IMG/VR virus record: IMGVR_UViG_3300034354_000165
Reading direction: 5' to 3' (one strand)
Origin: a virus
Length of the DNA: 40,705 nt
Positions 6,833-14,922 of this stretch are shown here, one piece after another. The notes under the pieces were generated by a model. The model saw nothing but the letters and a program-made list of their open reading frames with translations, was not told the DNA's origin and ran no database searches. Within the stretch, counting starts at the first letter, position 1; every line of letters begins with the position of its first letter. Position numbers and translations under genes: made by a program.

Positions 6833-8950
6833 CTATGCTACGCCACTTTCATTTTGAAGAGGTCCTCGTTGCATTGATCCAAGAATTTGCTCCACAAATT
6901 TCTTTGTAGCTTCATCATGCTCCACATCCGCGCGAGCATTTTTCTCAACTTCTTCTTCATCATATTTAATTGATTCCAATTGATTTGACTTTAGGAAAGT
7001 CTCTACTTCTCCGAACTTTTGGATTGTTTCTAAAAGCTGAGTAAGAGCTGCCATTTTTTCTTTTGTTGCCAAAGCATGGTTCTTTGAAATCATACTCATA
7101 CGCTCTTCGAATAGACCAACATTACTTTCAGATCGTGAGTCTCTTTCTCTAGCTTGGGAAAGTTGATTATGGATTCTTGCCATCATCTCTTTCATTTGCA
7201 TTTCTTCAAGTGTATGTTGCAGATTCTGTGCCTCAGATTGAACTGCTGCTGCCTGCTGTTCTTGTTGCTGCAAGAACTCGATAATTTCTCCCTTACCAGT
7301 GATATTTAGCTTAGGAATGATCATAGATGGAGGGAATACCTCACGACCAAACGTCTGATTGATATCCATCATCTGCTGGGCTTGAAGATTCTGCTGCAGC
7401 GGTGTTAGGTCTGCCTCTTCTACAACCGTGTTGTATTTGCAGAAAACTTTAGAGTAGAAATATGGCGATGGCTCTTCACCTATAAGCATTTGTACTTTAG
7501 GCGCTTCCCAATTATTGAGAACAATTTCCATAAGTCTTTCGCCTAAAAGCTTGAGAGAATAGTCCCACTGATCAAAATATTTCTGGAATACCATCAGATT
7601 GGCAGCTGACTTTAGCATCATGGTAAGAGAGGAAATCTGCTTATCTTGTTGACCAGACCAGTTTTCCATATTAATGCCAGACGTTTGCTGGATTAAATCA
7701 GCCATTTGCTGAGCAAGTTCTAGATCAGACTGAGGAACAGCGCTTGGAATAATCTTTTCAACATCTGATAGTTCGTAACCTTCATTGATAATGACGTCAT
7801 AACCCTGGCCAGATTTCTTCAGGTTATCTTCATTTGCGACAGCTCCTGATTTTCTTTTCCATCCCGCATTGATTGTAGCTGCTGCTATGTCATTGTTGGT
7901 TATTATCTTATAGTTAAACAAAAACTGAGGATCGCGCATTGTACGTACAAGAGACCTAACGCGCAGATCATAGTAATTAATATGAGGCTCATAATTCCAA
8001 AAGACAGGAATAAACGGACAACCGTCAAAGCCCAGAGGATTGTCTCCTTGAAACATGAGCTGATCGTTAAGTACAACGGCAAGCTTCCAGCAAGGAACTT
8101 CGACTGTAACCTCTTCCATGTCTGGAATATTGTATAAAAGGGCTTCCATCTGGGAATCCCCTCCAGCAAAATCGAAGAACTGATTCCTTGATTTACTATA
8201 AAGACGTTTTTTGCTTTTTTTCCATTTATACCAAACATAGGAGAGCACCATTAAGTCATTACGCGCCATGTTATAATTCTCAGGGAGAAAGTAAAAACTT
8301 CCATATCTCTGAGGTGTTCCAGCCATGGGTGTAATGATATCTTTTTTATCTGGAAATCTGTCTTCTGCTTCTTTTTTACTGATATATTCCTGACACCAAA
8401 CAAATTGAGCATCAGACATATCAGGATTTCTGAAATAGGGATCTACTAGGAAAGAATTATATTCCCAAACCTTAAGCTTTAAATCCCCCTGGGCTTGGTC
8501 ATCTCCAGTAAAATCCAAGTAAGGCTGCAACAAAACCATGCCAGAAACAGCAGCAAGCTCGCATGCCTTAGAAAATTGCTCATGAACACCTTCTTTGTTA
8601 GCAACATGCATCATTAACTTAGTGTATTGATCCGTTGTCTGTGGATCTGCGCCTTCAGATGATTCGTACATGATCGCTTTACGATGCTGACGCTGATAAC
8701 CCGTAATCATATTCACGGGCTGCTGAATCAAATTGAAGTAATACTGTTGGTAACTTGTAGTTGGAGAAAAGTTAAAATATCTATTAACAAAAGACTGACT
8801 ACCCGCGTAGAAAAGAGTGTCTATGTTAGATTGGTTCCATCGTGCTTGCTCAATTGGCTGAAATTTAGAATAAAGATTATCTAACCATTGACGGACATTT
8901 CCTTGAGAAGGTTCAAGCGCATTGTTCCAGGGTGGAAAATAGAAACTCAC
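6833..8950 (-). CDS. Portal protein (P22-like, with a long C-terminal coiled coil)
   Basis: About 705-718 aa, positioned next after terL on the late strand. Q/E-rich helical C-terminus (QQQEQQAAAVQSEAQNLQHTLEEMQ...), as in the P22 portal barrel. The track start at 8989 is a TTG with no RBS. The GTG at 8950 has an AGGGG RBS. Confidence 0.7.
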   Translation of the reverse strand: MSFYFPPWNNALEPSQGNVRQWLDNLYSKFQPIEQARWNQSNIDTLFYAGSQSFVNRYFNFSPTTSYQQYYFNLIQQPVNMITGYQRQHRKAIMYESSEGADPQTTDQYTKLMMHVANKEGVHEQFSKACELAAVSGMVLLQPYLDFTGDDQAQGDLKLKVWEYNSFLVDPYFRNPDMSDAQFVWCQEYISKKEAEDRFPDKKDIITPMAGTPQRYGSFYFLPENYNMARNDLMVLSYVWYKWKKSKKRLYSKSRNQFFDFAGGDSQMEALLYNIPDMEEVTVEVPCWKLAVVLNDQLMFQGDNPLGFDGCPFIPVFWNYEPHINYYDLRVRSLVRTMRDPQFLFNYKIITNNDIAAATINAGWKRKSGAVANEDNLKKSGQGYDVIINEGYELSDVEKIIPSAVPQSDLELAQQMADLIQQTSGINMENWSGQQDKQISSLTMMLKSAANLMVFQKYFDQWDYSLKLLGERLMEIVLNNWEAPKVQMLIGEEPSPYFYSKVFCKYNTVVEEADLTPLQQNLQAQQMMDINQTFGREVFPPSMIIPKLNITGKGEIIEFLQQQEQQAAAVQSEAQNLQHTLEEMQMKEMMARIHNQLSQARERDSRSESNVGLFEERMSMISKNHALATKEKMAALTQLLETIQKFGEVETFLKSNQLESIKYDEEEVEKNARADVEHDEATKKFVEQILGSMQRGPLQNESGVA

Positions 8951-9061
8951 TAATACCCCTAAAATAAATTTAGTTCTTATCCAGCGCAATATACCACTAA
9001 ATATTTTATCCGTCTAAGCACATGAGATGTATAAGTTAAAACTTGAGTACATTCATCAAAT

Positions 9062-9153
9062 ATGTCATATTGCTTCATCTTTGACATATTCCTGGCATAT
9101 TTAAGACACATTGAATGCGCTAAGGATATGTATGAATGGCATATCGGAGACAT
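9062..9153. repeat. GACAY motif cluster upstream of the par operon (candidate operator or centromere)
   Basis: ATGTC at 9062, GACAT at 9083, GACAC at 9105 and GACAT at 9149, spaced 21, 22 and 44 bp. Shares an 11-mer (atatgtcatat) and a 10-mer (aagacacatt) with the 17413-17514 cluster. Confidence 0.55.
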
Positions 9154-9154
9154 T

Positions 9155-9409
9155 ATGACGGCACATTATAACGGTAAGAATTTTGATACTATTCAAGAAA
9201 TGATTGAATATGCGAACAGACACACATCCACAGCAGTTACCCTTCCCGACCTTGAACTGATGACTAAGCAAATGGCACAAACGATCTGGATGAACCTATC
9301 CATGTACGACATTCAATTGACAAATGGACAAATGAGAACATATCTAGAAAGACACATGATTACTCTCATAAGCGTTTTTATAAATCGCCACACAAAAGAG
9401 TCCGTATGA
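9155..9409 (+). CDS. Hypothetical protein (84 aa), first gene of the par operon
   Basis: The ORF opens at 9062, but the ATG at 9155 has a GGAGA RBS and the upstream part is occupied by the repeat cluster. Its stop overlaps the parA ATG (ATGA). Confidence 0.45.
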   Translation: MTAHYNGKNFDTIQEMIEYANRHTSTAVTLPDLELMTKQMAQTIWMNLSMYDIQLTNGQMRTYLERHMITLISVFINRHTKESV

Positions 9410-10044
9410 TTTTAGTTGTTGGAGGAATTAAAGGAGGGAGTGGTAAAACCACCCTTGCTACCAATCTTACAGTTCTTCGATCTTTATCTGGCAGAAAGGT
9501 TCTACTGGTTGATGCAGATGAACAAAGAAGCGCATCTGATTGGGTCGAACATAGAGAAAACCAGAATATTGTTACTCCATGGACAACAGTGCAAATCATT
9601 GGAAAAGGCACAGGATTACAACTTGAAAAGTTAACTGAGCATTATGATGATATAATCGTTGATGCCGGAGGTCGTGACACTCAAACTCAAAGATCGGCAT
9701 TAACTGTGGCTGATATTTTCTTAGCTCCTTTTCAACCCAGAAGTTTAGATGTTTGGACTATTGGCAATGTGACATCCCTTCTTTCAGAAATTAGAGTGGT
9801 AAACCCTAAGCTAAAAGCTATGGCTGTTATAAACCGCGCCGATCCTCAAGGTATCGATAACCAAGATTCAGCAGACATAATAAAAGAAAGCGAAGGCATC
9901 ACTTATCTTGCAATTCATATTGGTCAGAGAAAGGCATTCGCAAATGCAGCCGCTGAAGGTTTAGGCGTGACAGAATTGAAAACACAGGATAAGAAAGCAT
10001 TAGCCGAGATTAGGCATCTCTGTGATGCCATCTTTGAGTCATAG
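9406..10044 (+). CDS. parA: ParA/ParF-type partition ATPase (type Ib, 212 aa)
   Basis: Deviant Walker A motif VVGGIKGGSGKTTLATNL, then LLVDADEQRS and IIVDAGGRD (Walker B-like). Small size and absence of an N-terminal HTH fit the ParF/Soj-like class. Confidence 0.85.
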   Translation: MILVVGGIKGGSGKTTLATNLTVLRSLSGRKVLLVDADEQRSASDWVEHRENQNIVTPWTTVQIIGKGTGLQLEKLTEHYDDIIVDAGGRDTQTQRSALTVADIFLAPFQPRSLDVWTIGNVTSLLSEIRVVNPKLKAMAVINRADPQGIDNQDSADIIKESEGITYLAIHIGQRKAFANAAAEGLGVTELKTQDKKALAEIRHLCDAIFES

Positions 10045-10045
10045 A

Positions 10046-10083
10046 GACATATCTATGACTCATTTCAGACATATTTAAGACAT
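10046..10083. repeat. Three direct GACAT motifs between parA and the RHH gene
   Basis: GACAT at 10046, 10068 and 10079 (spacing 22 and 11 bp). The 13-mer catatttaagaca is shared with 9096-9108. Confidence 0.5.
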
Positions 10084-10104
10084 ACAACAAACGAAACAAA
10101 CGAA

Positions 10105-10356
10105 ATGACAGTACGGAAAAAAGCTGAAAAGAAAATAGATGAGTCCTCGATCGATGAGATTATATCACGTGGAGGATCAACAACCGGTGATAAAGTTTCC
10201 CCTGAAGAAGCAGGCGATTATAAAATGACACTGCGTATCCCTAAGGATATTTATACTGAAATGGAAAAAAACAGGAAGTCAAGAGTAGGCACTGTGTATA
10301 AAAATCAATGGATACTAGAGGCAATAGCAGAGAAGCTAAATAAGGAAGTTACCTAA
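10105..10356 (+). CDS. Ribbon-helix-helix protein, ParG/CopG-like candidate centromere binder
   Basis: 83 aa. Charged flexible N-terminus, then an RHH pattern MTLRIPKDIYTEMEK...NQWILEAIAEKL. Immediately downstream of parA. Confidence 0.55.
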   Translation: MTVRKKAEKKIDESSIDEIISRGGSTTGDKVSPEEAGDYKMTLRIPKDIYTEMEKNRKSRVGTVYKNQWILEAIAEKLNKEVT

Positions 10357-11632
10357 AAACCGAATTGAACCTATTCTGCATGTAGTCATTCTGCTTTTTG
10401 TTATGGGCTTCGTAATCAAATGTAGCAATCTTATGAGTAAATACAGCGTATCTCATGGCGTCGATACTGTGATCGTCCTTCTTTAAAGGAGCGTCATCAC
10501 CTTTTTCTGATGCTTTTGGATCCCATACGTAAGATTCAATTTCTCTTATGAGATCTGAGCATTCTTCGCAAACAAAGAGATTACCCTTTTGCATCTCAGA
10601 AGTCATGAAAGTGATCCCATTAATCACATCATTATCAGCATCAACAATGTGTAGCCCCCTCTTGCGTAGCTCTAGCTTAAAGGCAGCGGCACTTGGATCT
10701 ACATAAACAGCTTTGACTCCATATGGTTCTAAGAATTGAGCTACATCATCTGCATATTCACTATTGGTTTTCTGTCTTCCCCTCTTTCTGGAATCCCAAA
10801 CATATTCTTTTTCTACCCATCTACACACTCCAGTCTGGGTTGTTCTTCCTGTGTTAATACCTACAAGTACACAAGAGAAATTATTCACTGTTCCGTAGTC
10901 AACGCCGGCAACCCAATATTCTGCAGCTCTCGGAGGTCTTGCAACAACATGGATGTCTCTATCAAAGAAATCAAAGATTGCCCCTTCAGCCAAGCACCAC
11001 AGACCTAAATAGTTCCGCTTATAGAACACGCCGCTAAGGCTGTTCTTAATACGCTTTCTATAGTCATCTTCAAGATAGGGATTATCGTCTAAATTATAGT
11101 GCAAAGCATAGTAGTTAGGATCTCCCTCTTCTGCCATGTCGATCCATTTCTTAAGTTTATGAGTAGGATGAGAGGGGTTCATACTACCAAAACCCATGCT
11201 GTGTGGATTTGACAGTCTCGTATCGATCATGTCAATAATAGACTCAGGATAAAGCGCCATCTCATCTCCATAAAATAGAGAGAATGTCTTACCCTGAAAC
11301 TGTCCTATAGCACCTTCGTCTTTAGCCCCCAGAGTAGTAATGGTTTTGTCTCTAAATTTGAGTTGTCTTTTACCTGCATACCATGTACAAAAGGGTCTAA
11401 AAATAGAGAGTTGCTCGCTTTCTAAAAGAAGTCTAATAGCGTTTTGGTAAATTGTATCAGAAGTATGTCCAGCCATAAAGATCTGAGAATCAGGGCAGTT
11501 TTCAACAGCTTGCATAAATCTGAAAAGAGTTCCAACTGTCTTACCAGATCTCACAGAACCATGGGCAAGATTCCAGCGAGCTGTGCTATTGATGATAAAT
11601 TCGAGTTGTTTTGGTGCTAATGGCAAAGTCAT
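10349..11632 (-). CDS. terL: Terminase large subunit
   Basis: Walker A HGSVRSGKT, Walker B LFYGDEMA, and a C-terminal nuclease-like region with DDHSIDAMRY. 427 aa. Confidence 0.85.
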   Translation of the reverse strand: MTLPLAPKQLEFIINSTARWNLAHGSVRSGKTVGTLFRFMQAVENCPDSQIFMAGHTSDTIYQNAIRLLLESEQLSIFRPFCTWYAGKRQLKFRDKTITTLGAKDEGAIGQFQGKTFSLFYGDEMALYPESIIDMIDTRLSNPHSMGFGSMNPSHPTHKLKKWIDMAEEGDPNYYALHYNLDDNPYLEDDYRKRIKNSLSGVFYKRNYLGLWCLAEGAIFDFFDRDIHVVARPPRAAEYWVAGVDYGTVNNFSCVLVGINTGRTTQTGVCRWVEKEYVWDSRKRGRQKTNSEYADDVAQFLEPYGVKAVYVDPSAAAFKLELRKRGLHIVDADNDVINGITFMTSEMQKGNLFVCEECSDLIREIESYVWDPKASEKGDDAPLKKDDHSIDAMRYAVFTHKIATFDYEAHNKKQNDYMQNRFNSVFR

Positions 11633-11668
11633 TATTAATTTTTATAATTTAAACGGATTTAAGTATCA

Positions 11669-11893
11669 ATGTCACATATTCCCATAGCTAAAATTTTAAT
11701 GCAGAACCAATTGTATGATGCCTATACTCAACACAAAAGAAATGAAGCTATGCAGGAAATTGATCGAATAGTCCAGGAAATCGAAGAAAGAAACGAACGC
11801 GTCACTAAATTAAAAGATACTGTGGTACAGGTCTTGGGACAACGATTAAAGGAAGTTAATGACAAATCAACGAGCACAGAAGGCGACATATGA
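11669..11893 (+). CDS. Hypothetical coiled-coil protein (74 aa)
   Basis: First ORF of the plus-strand cargo block. ATGA overlap with the next gene. Confidence 0.4.
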   Translation: MSHIPIAKILMQNQLYDAYTQHKRNEAMQEIDRIVQEIEERNERVTKLKDTVVQVLGQRLKEVNDKSTSTEGDI

Positions 11894-12696
11894 AATGGTT
11901 TTTAATATTACTTATGATTCCACTAACCCTTACAGCTAAAGTATATGATTGCTTCATGTTCGACCAAGAATTTGAAGTTTTAGAGATCAGACTTCACGAA
12001 ATGGGACCTTATGTTGATCATTTCGTACTTGTTGAATGGAACCGCACCCACAGAACAGGAGAGCTCAAGCCACACCACTTTGATCTAAACAAAGAAAGAT
12101 TTAAAGAATTCCTCCCCAAAATCATTCACATCAAATTAGATGAGGAACTCGATACGCAAGACGGCTGGACAAGAGAAAATTGGCATCGCAATCAAATCAT
12201 GCGAGGCCTGACTCAATGCAAACCAGATGATATTATTCTCATTTCGGATGCCGACGAAATGATCCCAGGTAAATTTATCCCAGAATTAGACGCTCTTTTG
12301 AATAAGTTTGGAGAATATGGATTCTGGCAGCGCCTCTACCGTTGGTATCTAAATCGTGATGCTAGGATGAAATGGTCGGGCACCTGCGCTCTTAAATACA
12401 AAAACCTCGTTAAAACCACCCCCCAATCCATGCGGAATCGTTTTAGAGCTGAACCAAATGTACCACGAAAACATATCGGATGGCACTTCACCTCAATGGG
12501 TGGTTTTGAAAAATGCATTTATAAATACCACAATATTGTTGAAGGGTTTGATCGACCTTGCACTTACGAAGAATGGTATGCTCACGTACAAAATGATACA
12601 GAACTTCTTCAGATCGATGAATCATATCCAGAATGGGTTCAGCAAAACATGGATTATCTAATAGAAAATAACATGATTGATGATAGCAATGAATAG
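11890..12696 (+). CDS. Glycosyltransferase family 17-like protein with an N-terminal signal or anchor
   Basis: KVYDCFMFDQEFEVLEIRLHEMGPYVDHFVLVE...KPHHF..NKERF...WTRENWHRNQI...DDIILISDADEMI matches the GT17 (MGAT3-like) signature from memory. Hydrophobic N-terminus MKWFLILLMIPLTLTA. Confidence 0.7.
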   Translation: MKWFLILLMIPLTLTAKVYDCFMFDQEFEVLEIRLHEMGPYVDHFVLVEWNRTHRTGELKPHHFDLNKERFKEFLPKIIHIKLDEELDTQDGWTRENWHRNQIMRGLTQCKPDDIILISDADEMIPGKFIPELDALLNKFGEYGFWQRLYRWYLNRDARMKWSGTCALKYKNLVKTTPQSMRNRFRAEPNVPRKHIGWHFTSMGGFEKCIYKYHNIVEGFDRPCTYEEWYAHVQNDTELLQIDESYPEWVQQNMDYLIENNMIDDSNE

Positions 12697-12721
12697 ACAT
12701 CCTCCATTTAATAATTTTACT

Positions 12722-12930
12722 GTAGTGATTTTATGAGCATTAATCCAGTCCATTACCAGTCAATCTGCTGCTGTTTCTTTTGTAAGACTGAAAGAAACGA
12801 GGTTAAGAATCCTGGTAAGCCTAAGGATGCTGGGTATGATTCCATAGATAATAAGCCAGAATTAGTAAAGAAACGAAGCTACTATTGGCTGCAGTCATGG
12901 GAAAAGAATGACAGACAAGACAGGAAGTGA
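12722..12930 (+). repeat. Direct repeat copy A (contains Cys-rich gene A)
   Basis: The 5' end (gtgattttatgagcatTaatcc) and the 3' end (ctattggctgcagtcatgggaaaagaatga...) closely match 13880..14103. Confidence 0.7.
12733..12930 (+). CDS. Small Cys-rich protein, paralog A (65 aa)
   Basis: MSINPVHYQSICCCFFC...KKRSYYWLQSWEKNDRQDRK. Paralogous to 13894..14103. Confidence 0.5.
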   Translation: MSINPVHYQSICCCFFCKTERNEVKNPGKPKDAGYDSIDNKPELVKKRSYYWLQSWEKNDRQDRK

Positions 12931-12940
12931 GGACTTCACA

Positions 12941-13255
12941 ATGATTAAATACATCCAAACAAAGAAAGCAAAATACTCAAAACTTTTGAAAATCAAACAC
13001 AATAGGAAAATTATGTTTTATCGCGTACTCAGATTTGTTTTTTTAGTTCTCACATGCGGCTTCTACACTATGCATGTAGCCGCCTATGAAATTCCAATCG
13101 AACCAAGAACACCAGAGAAAATGCAGGAAGAAAGTGACCGAAATAATCCAGGGAATGAATATGAGAGGAAAGCATTAGATCAAATTGACCCAGACAATGC
13201 ACCTCATTCAGAAGAAGATAGAAAGAATTGGGCGTCTCCATTCCGTGATGATTAA
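12941..13255 (+). CDS. Small membrane-anchored or secreted protein (104 aa)
   Basis: The ORF opens at 12908, and the ATG at 12941 has a GAGGA RBS. Basic N-terminus, then a hydrophobic segment FYRVLRFVFLVLTCGFYTMHVAA, then an acidic tail. Confidence 0.4.
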   Translation: MIKYIQTKKAKYSKLLKIKHNRKIMFYRVLRFVFLVLTCGFYTMHVAAYEIPIEPRTPEKMQEESDRNNPGNEYERKALDQIDPDNAPHSEEDRKNWASPFRDD

Positions 13256-13264
13256 AGGATATTA

Positions 13265-13897
13265 ATGATCATAGATTGCATTGCTGATTTGCATGGCCAC
13301 TACCCAGAACTTGAAGGAGGAGATCTTCTGATTGTTGCTGGGGATTTGACTGCTTCTGATCGTTTTCGACAGCTGTATGACTTCGGCGCATGGATGATGA
13401 AACAGAACTATAACAAAAAAGTTGTCATAGCTGGCAATCATGATAATCAATTACTGAGAGACAATCCGTTTGATCAGGTCCTAAATGACTTTTACTATCT
13501 CTGCGACTCAGGCACGGAATTCGAAGGATTAAAGATTTGGGGTTCTCCTTGGACGATTAAATTCAAAGGAATGAATCCACATTGCATGGCTTTCACTGTT
13601 GATACCGAAGAAGAACTTGCTGAGAAGTGGGCATTGATTCCTGATGATGTTGATATTCTTGTCACGCATTCTCCTCCATTTACAATTCATGATTCAACCG
13701 TTAGTGGTAAACAGGTAGGTTCAACAAGCCTGCTTGCTGAACTGCTAACGAGAATAAAACCTAAATTGCATGTTTTTGGTCATCTCCATGAATCATATGG
13801 TCAATGTGAAATGTGGGAAAGGACTCAATTCGTTAACGCATCTTTCGTCAATGAATATTACCAAGCAGTAAATTGGGCAGTAAGAGTGATTTTATGA
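13265..13897 (+). CDS. Calcineurin-like metallophosphoesterase
   Basis: Canonical motifs: DLHG, GDLT, GNHD, VTHSPP and GHLH. Confidence 0.8.
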   Translation: MIIDCIADLHGHYPELEGGDLLIVAGDLTASDRFRQLYDFGAWMMKQNYNKKVVIAGNHDNQLLRDNPFDQVLNDFYYLCDSGTEFEGLKIWGSPWTIKFKGMNPHCMAFTVDTEEELAEKWALIPDDVDILVTHSPPFTIHDSTVSGKQVGSTSLLAELLTRIKPKLHVFGHLHESYGQCEMWERTQFVNASFVNEYYQAVNWAVRVIL

Positions 13898-14103
13898 GCA
13901 TCAATCCCATACATTACCTTTCGTTCTGCTGCTGCTCAACTTGCCACCGTGATCCTGATCCGCGTCTTGATTCGCTTGCCGGCGCCGGTAAACAGATCAA
14001 TGCTGGTTGCGATAGTGTAGATAGAAGGCCATCTCTTGAAAAAAAGAGAAGTTACTATTGGCTACAGACTTGGGAAAAGAATGAGAGACAGGAGAAGAAA
14101 TGA
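13880..14103 (+). repeat. Direct repeat copy B (contains Cys-rich gene B)
   Basis: See copy A. The repeat starts within the last codons of the phosphoesterase gene (..VRVIL*). Copy A retains a matching remnant (..TVVIL*) with no gene upstream. Confidence 0.7.
13894..14103 (+). CDS. Small Cys-rich protein, paralog B (69 aa)
   Basis: MSINPIHYLSFCCCSTC...KKRSYYWLQTWEKNERQEKK. ATGA overlaps with both neighbouring genes. Confidence 0.5.
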   Translation: MSINPIHYLSFCCCSTCHRDPDPRLDSLAGAGKQINAGCDSVDRRPSLEKKRSYYWLQTWEKNERQEKK

Positions 14104-14357
14104 TGGATACAGATGAAGAACTACCGCCTGATAATGGAATATTCAATTGGATCAGCATTAAAGAACAAATTCCAGAAATAAACACTACCGTTACTGTATG
14201 GGATAAGGTTTACAAACAATCATACTCCGCAATGCTTCAAATCTATCCCAATGGAAAACTTTATTGGCAGGGTAATGCCCCTCTTACCTACACATACAGT
14301 TTAACTGATGGAATCATAACGCATTGGACAGATTTTCGGGATGAATTGGAGGAGTAA
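14100..14357 (+). CDS. DUF551-like protein, copy 1
   Basis: NWISIKEQIPE...ITHWTDF resembles the DUF551 pattern (W-I-S-x-x-x-x-x-P ... THW-x-x-x-P), recalled from memory. Confidence 0.45.
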   Translation: MMDTDEELPPDNGIFNWISIKEQIPEINTTVTVWDKVYKQSYSAMLQIYPNGKLYWQGNAPLTYTYSLTDGIITHWTDFRDELEE

Positions 14358-14358
14358 T

Positions 14359-14583
14359 ATGGAATGGATTAACTTTGATAAAGAGCCTCCTCCATATGCG
14401 GTTGATGTTCTTGTATTGAAAACTTACTTAGACGATGAATATGGGGAACATGGCTACCATCCAGATAAATCTTTTTGGACGAAACCTATTATTCAAATCG
14501 ATTGCTATTGGAGTGATAGACGCTGGCATAATGGCGGGAAGGTAACTCATTGGATGCCTTTACCTAAACTCCCATTGAACTGA
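14359..14583 (+). CDS. DUF551-like protein, copy 2
   Basis: MEWINFDKEPP...VTHWMPLPKLP. GGAGGAG RBS before the ATG at 14359 (the track ORF opens at 14341). Confidence 0.55.
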   Translation: MEWINFDKEPPPYAVDVLVLKTYLDDEYGEHGYHPDKSFWTKPIIQIDCYWSDRRWHNGGKVTHWMPLPKLPLN

Positions 14584-14584
14584 C

Positions 14585-14761
14585 ATGGACTGGATAAGCA
14601 TCGAAGAAGCACTTCCTCAACCCAACCAATACATAGTAATATGGAACAAAGAGATCCAAAAACCTTTGACCTTCTATGTGCATTGGCACTTCGTACACTA
14701 CACAAACTTTGTAGAGTACTTCACGCATTGGATAGCTTTACCTAAGGAGCCGGATGAATAA
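14585..14761 (+). CDS. DUF551-like protein, copy 3 (58 aa, below the track cutoff)
   Basis: Hand translation: MDWISIEEALPQPNQYIVIWNKEIQKPLTFYVHWHFVHYTNFVEYFTHWIALPKEPDE. Confidence 0.5.
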   Translation: MDWISIEEALPQPNQYIVIWNKEIQKPLTFYVHWHFVHYTNFVEYFTHWIALPKEPDE

Positions 14762-14922
14762 TGGAAAAGCATGAACTCTTAAACCTCATCGATAACATGA
14801 TTGAACGAATCGAAGAAATGCCTCAACAGATGAAGCATATTCCTCTAAATCATACAGATATGTTATGTATGCTAGGTATTATGCGAGATATCCTGCGTGT
14901 TTCAAATGTGGAGAAATCATGA
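14761..14922 (+). CDS. Hypothetical protein (53 aa, below the track cutoff)
   Basis: TAATG overlap with the previous gene and ATGA overlap with the next. Translation: MEKHELLNLIDNMIERIEEMPQQMKHIPLNHTDMLCMLGIMRDILRVSNVEKS. Confidence 0.35.
   Translation: MEKHELLNLIDNMIERIEEMPQQMKHIPLNHTDMLCMLGIMRDILRVSNVEKS

Noticed and set aside
9081-9109. Perfect TTGACA at 9081 as the par operon -35 box
   Set aside because: No acceptable -10 hexamer lies 16-18 nt downstream. The hexamer is part of the repeated (T)TGACAT motif, which also occurs at 17442-17448.
9378-9634. 77-aa minus-strand ORF and 72-aa plus-strand ORF overlapping parA
   Set aside because: Both are nested in or overlap the confidently identified ParA frame and carry no motifs.
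10093-10107. 13-mer aacaaacgaaatg shared between 10093-10107 and 23976-23988
   Set aside because: For an AT-rich 40-kb genome, several identical 13-mers are expected by chance when both strands and all pairs are considered. No further similarity flanks the match.
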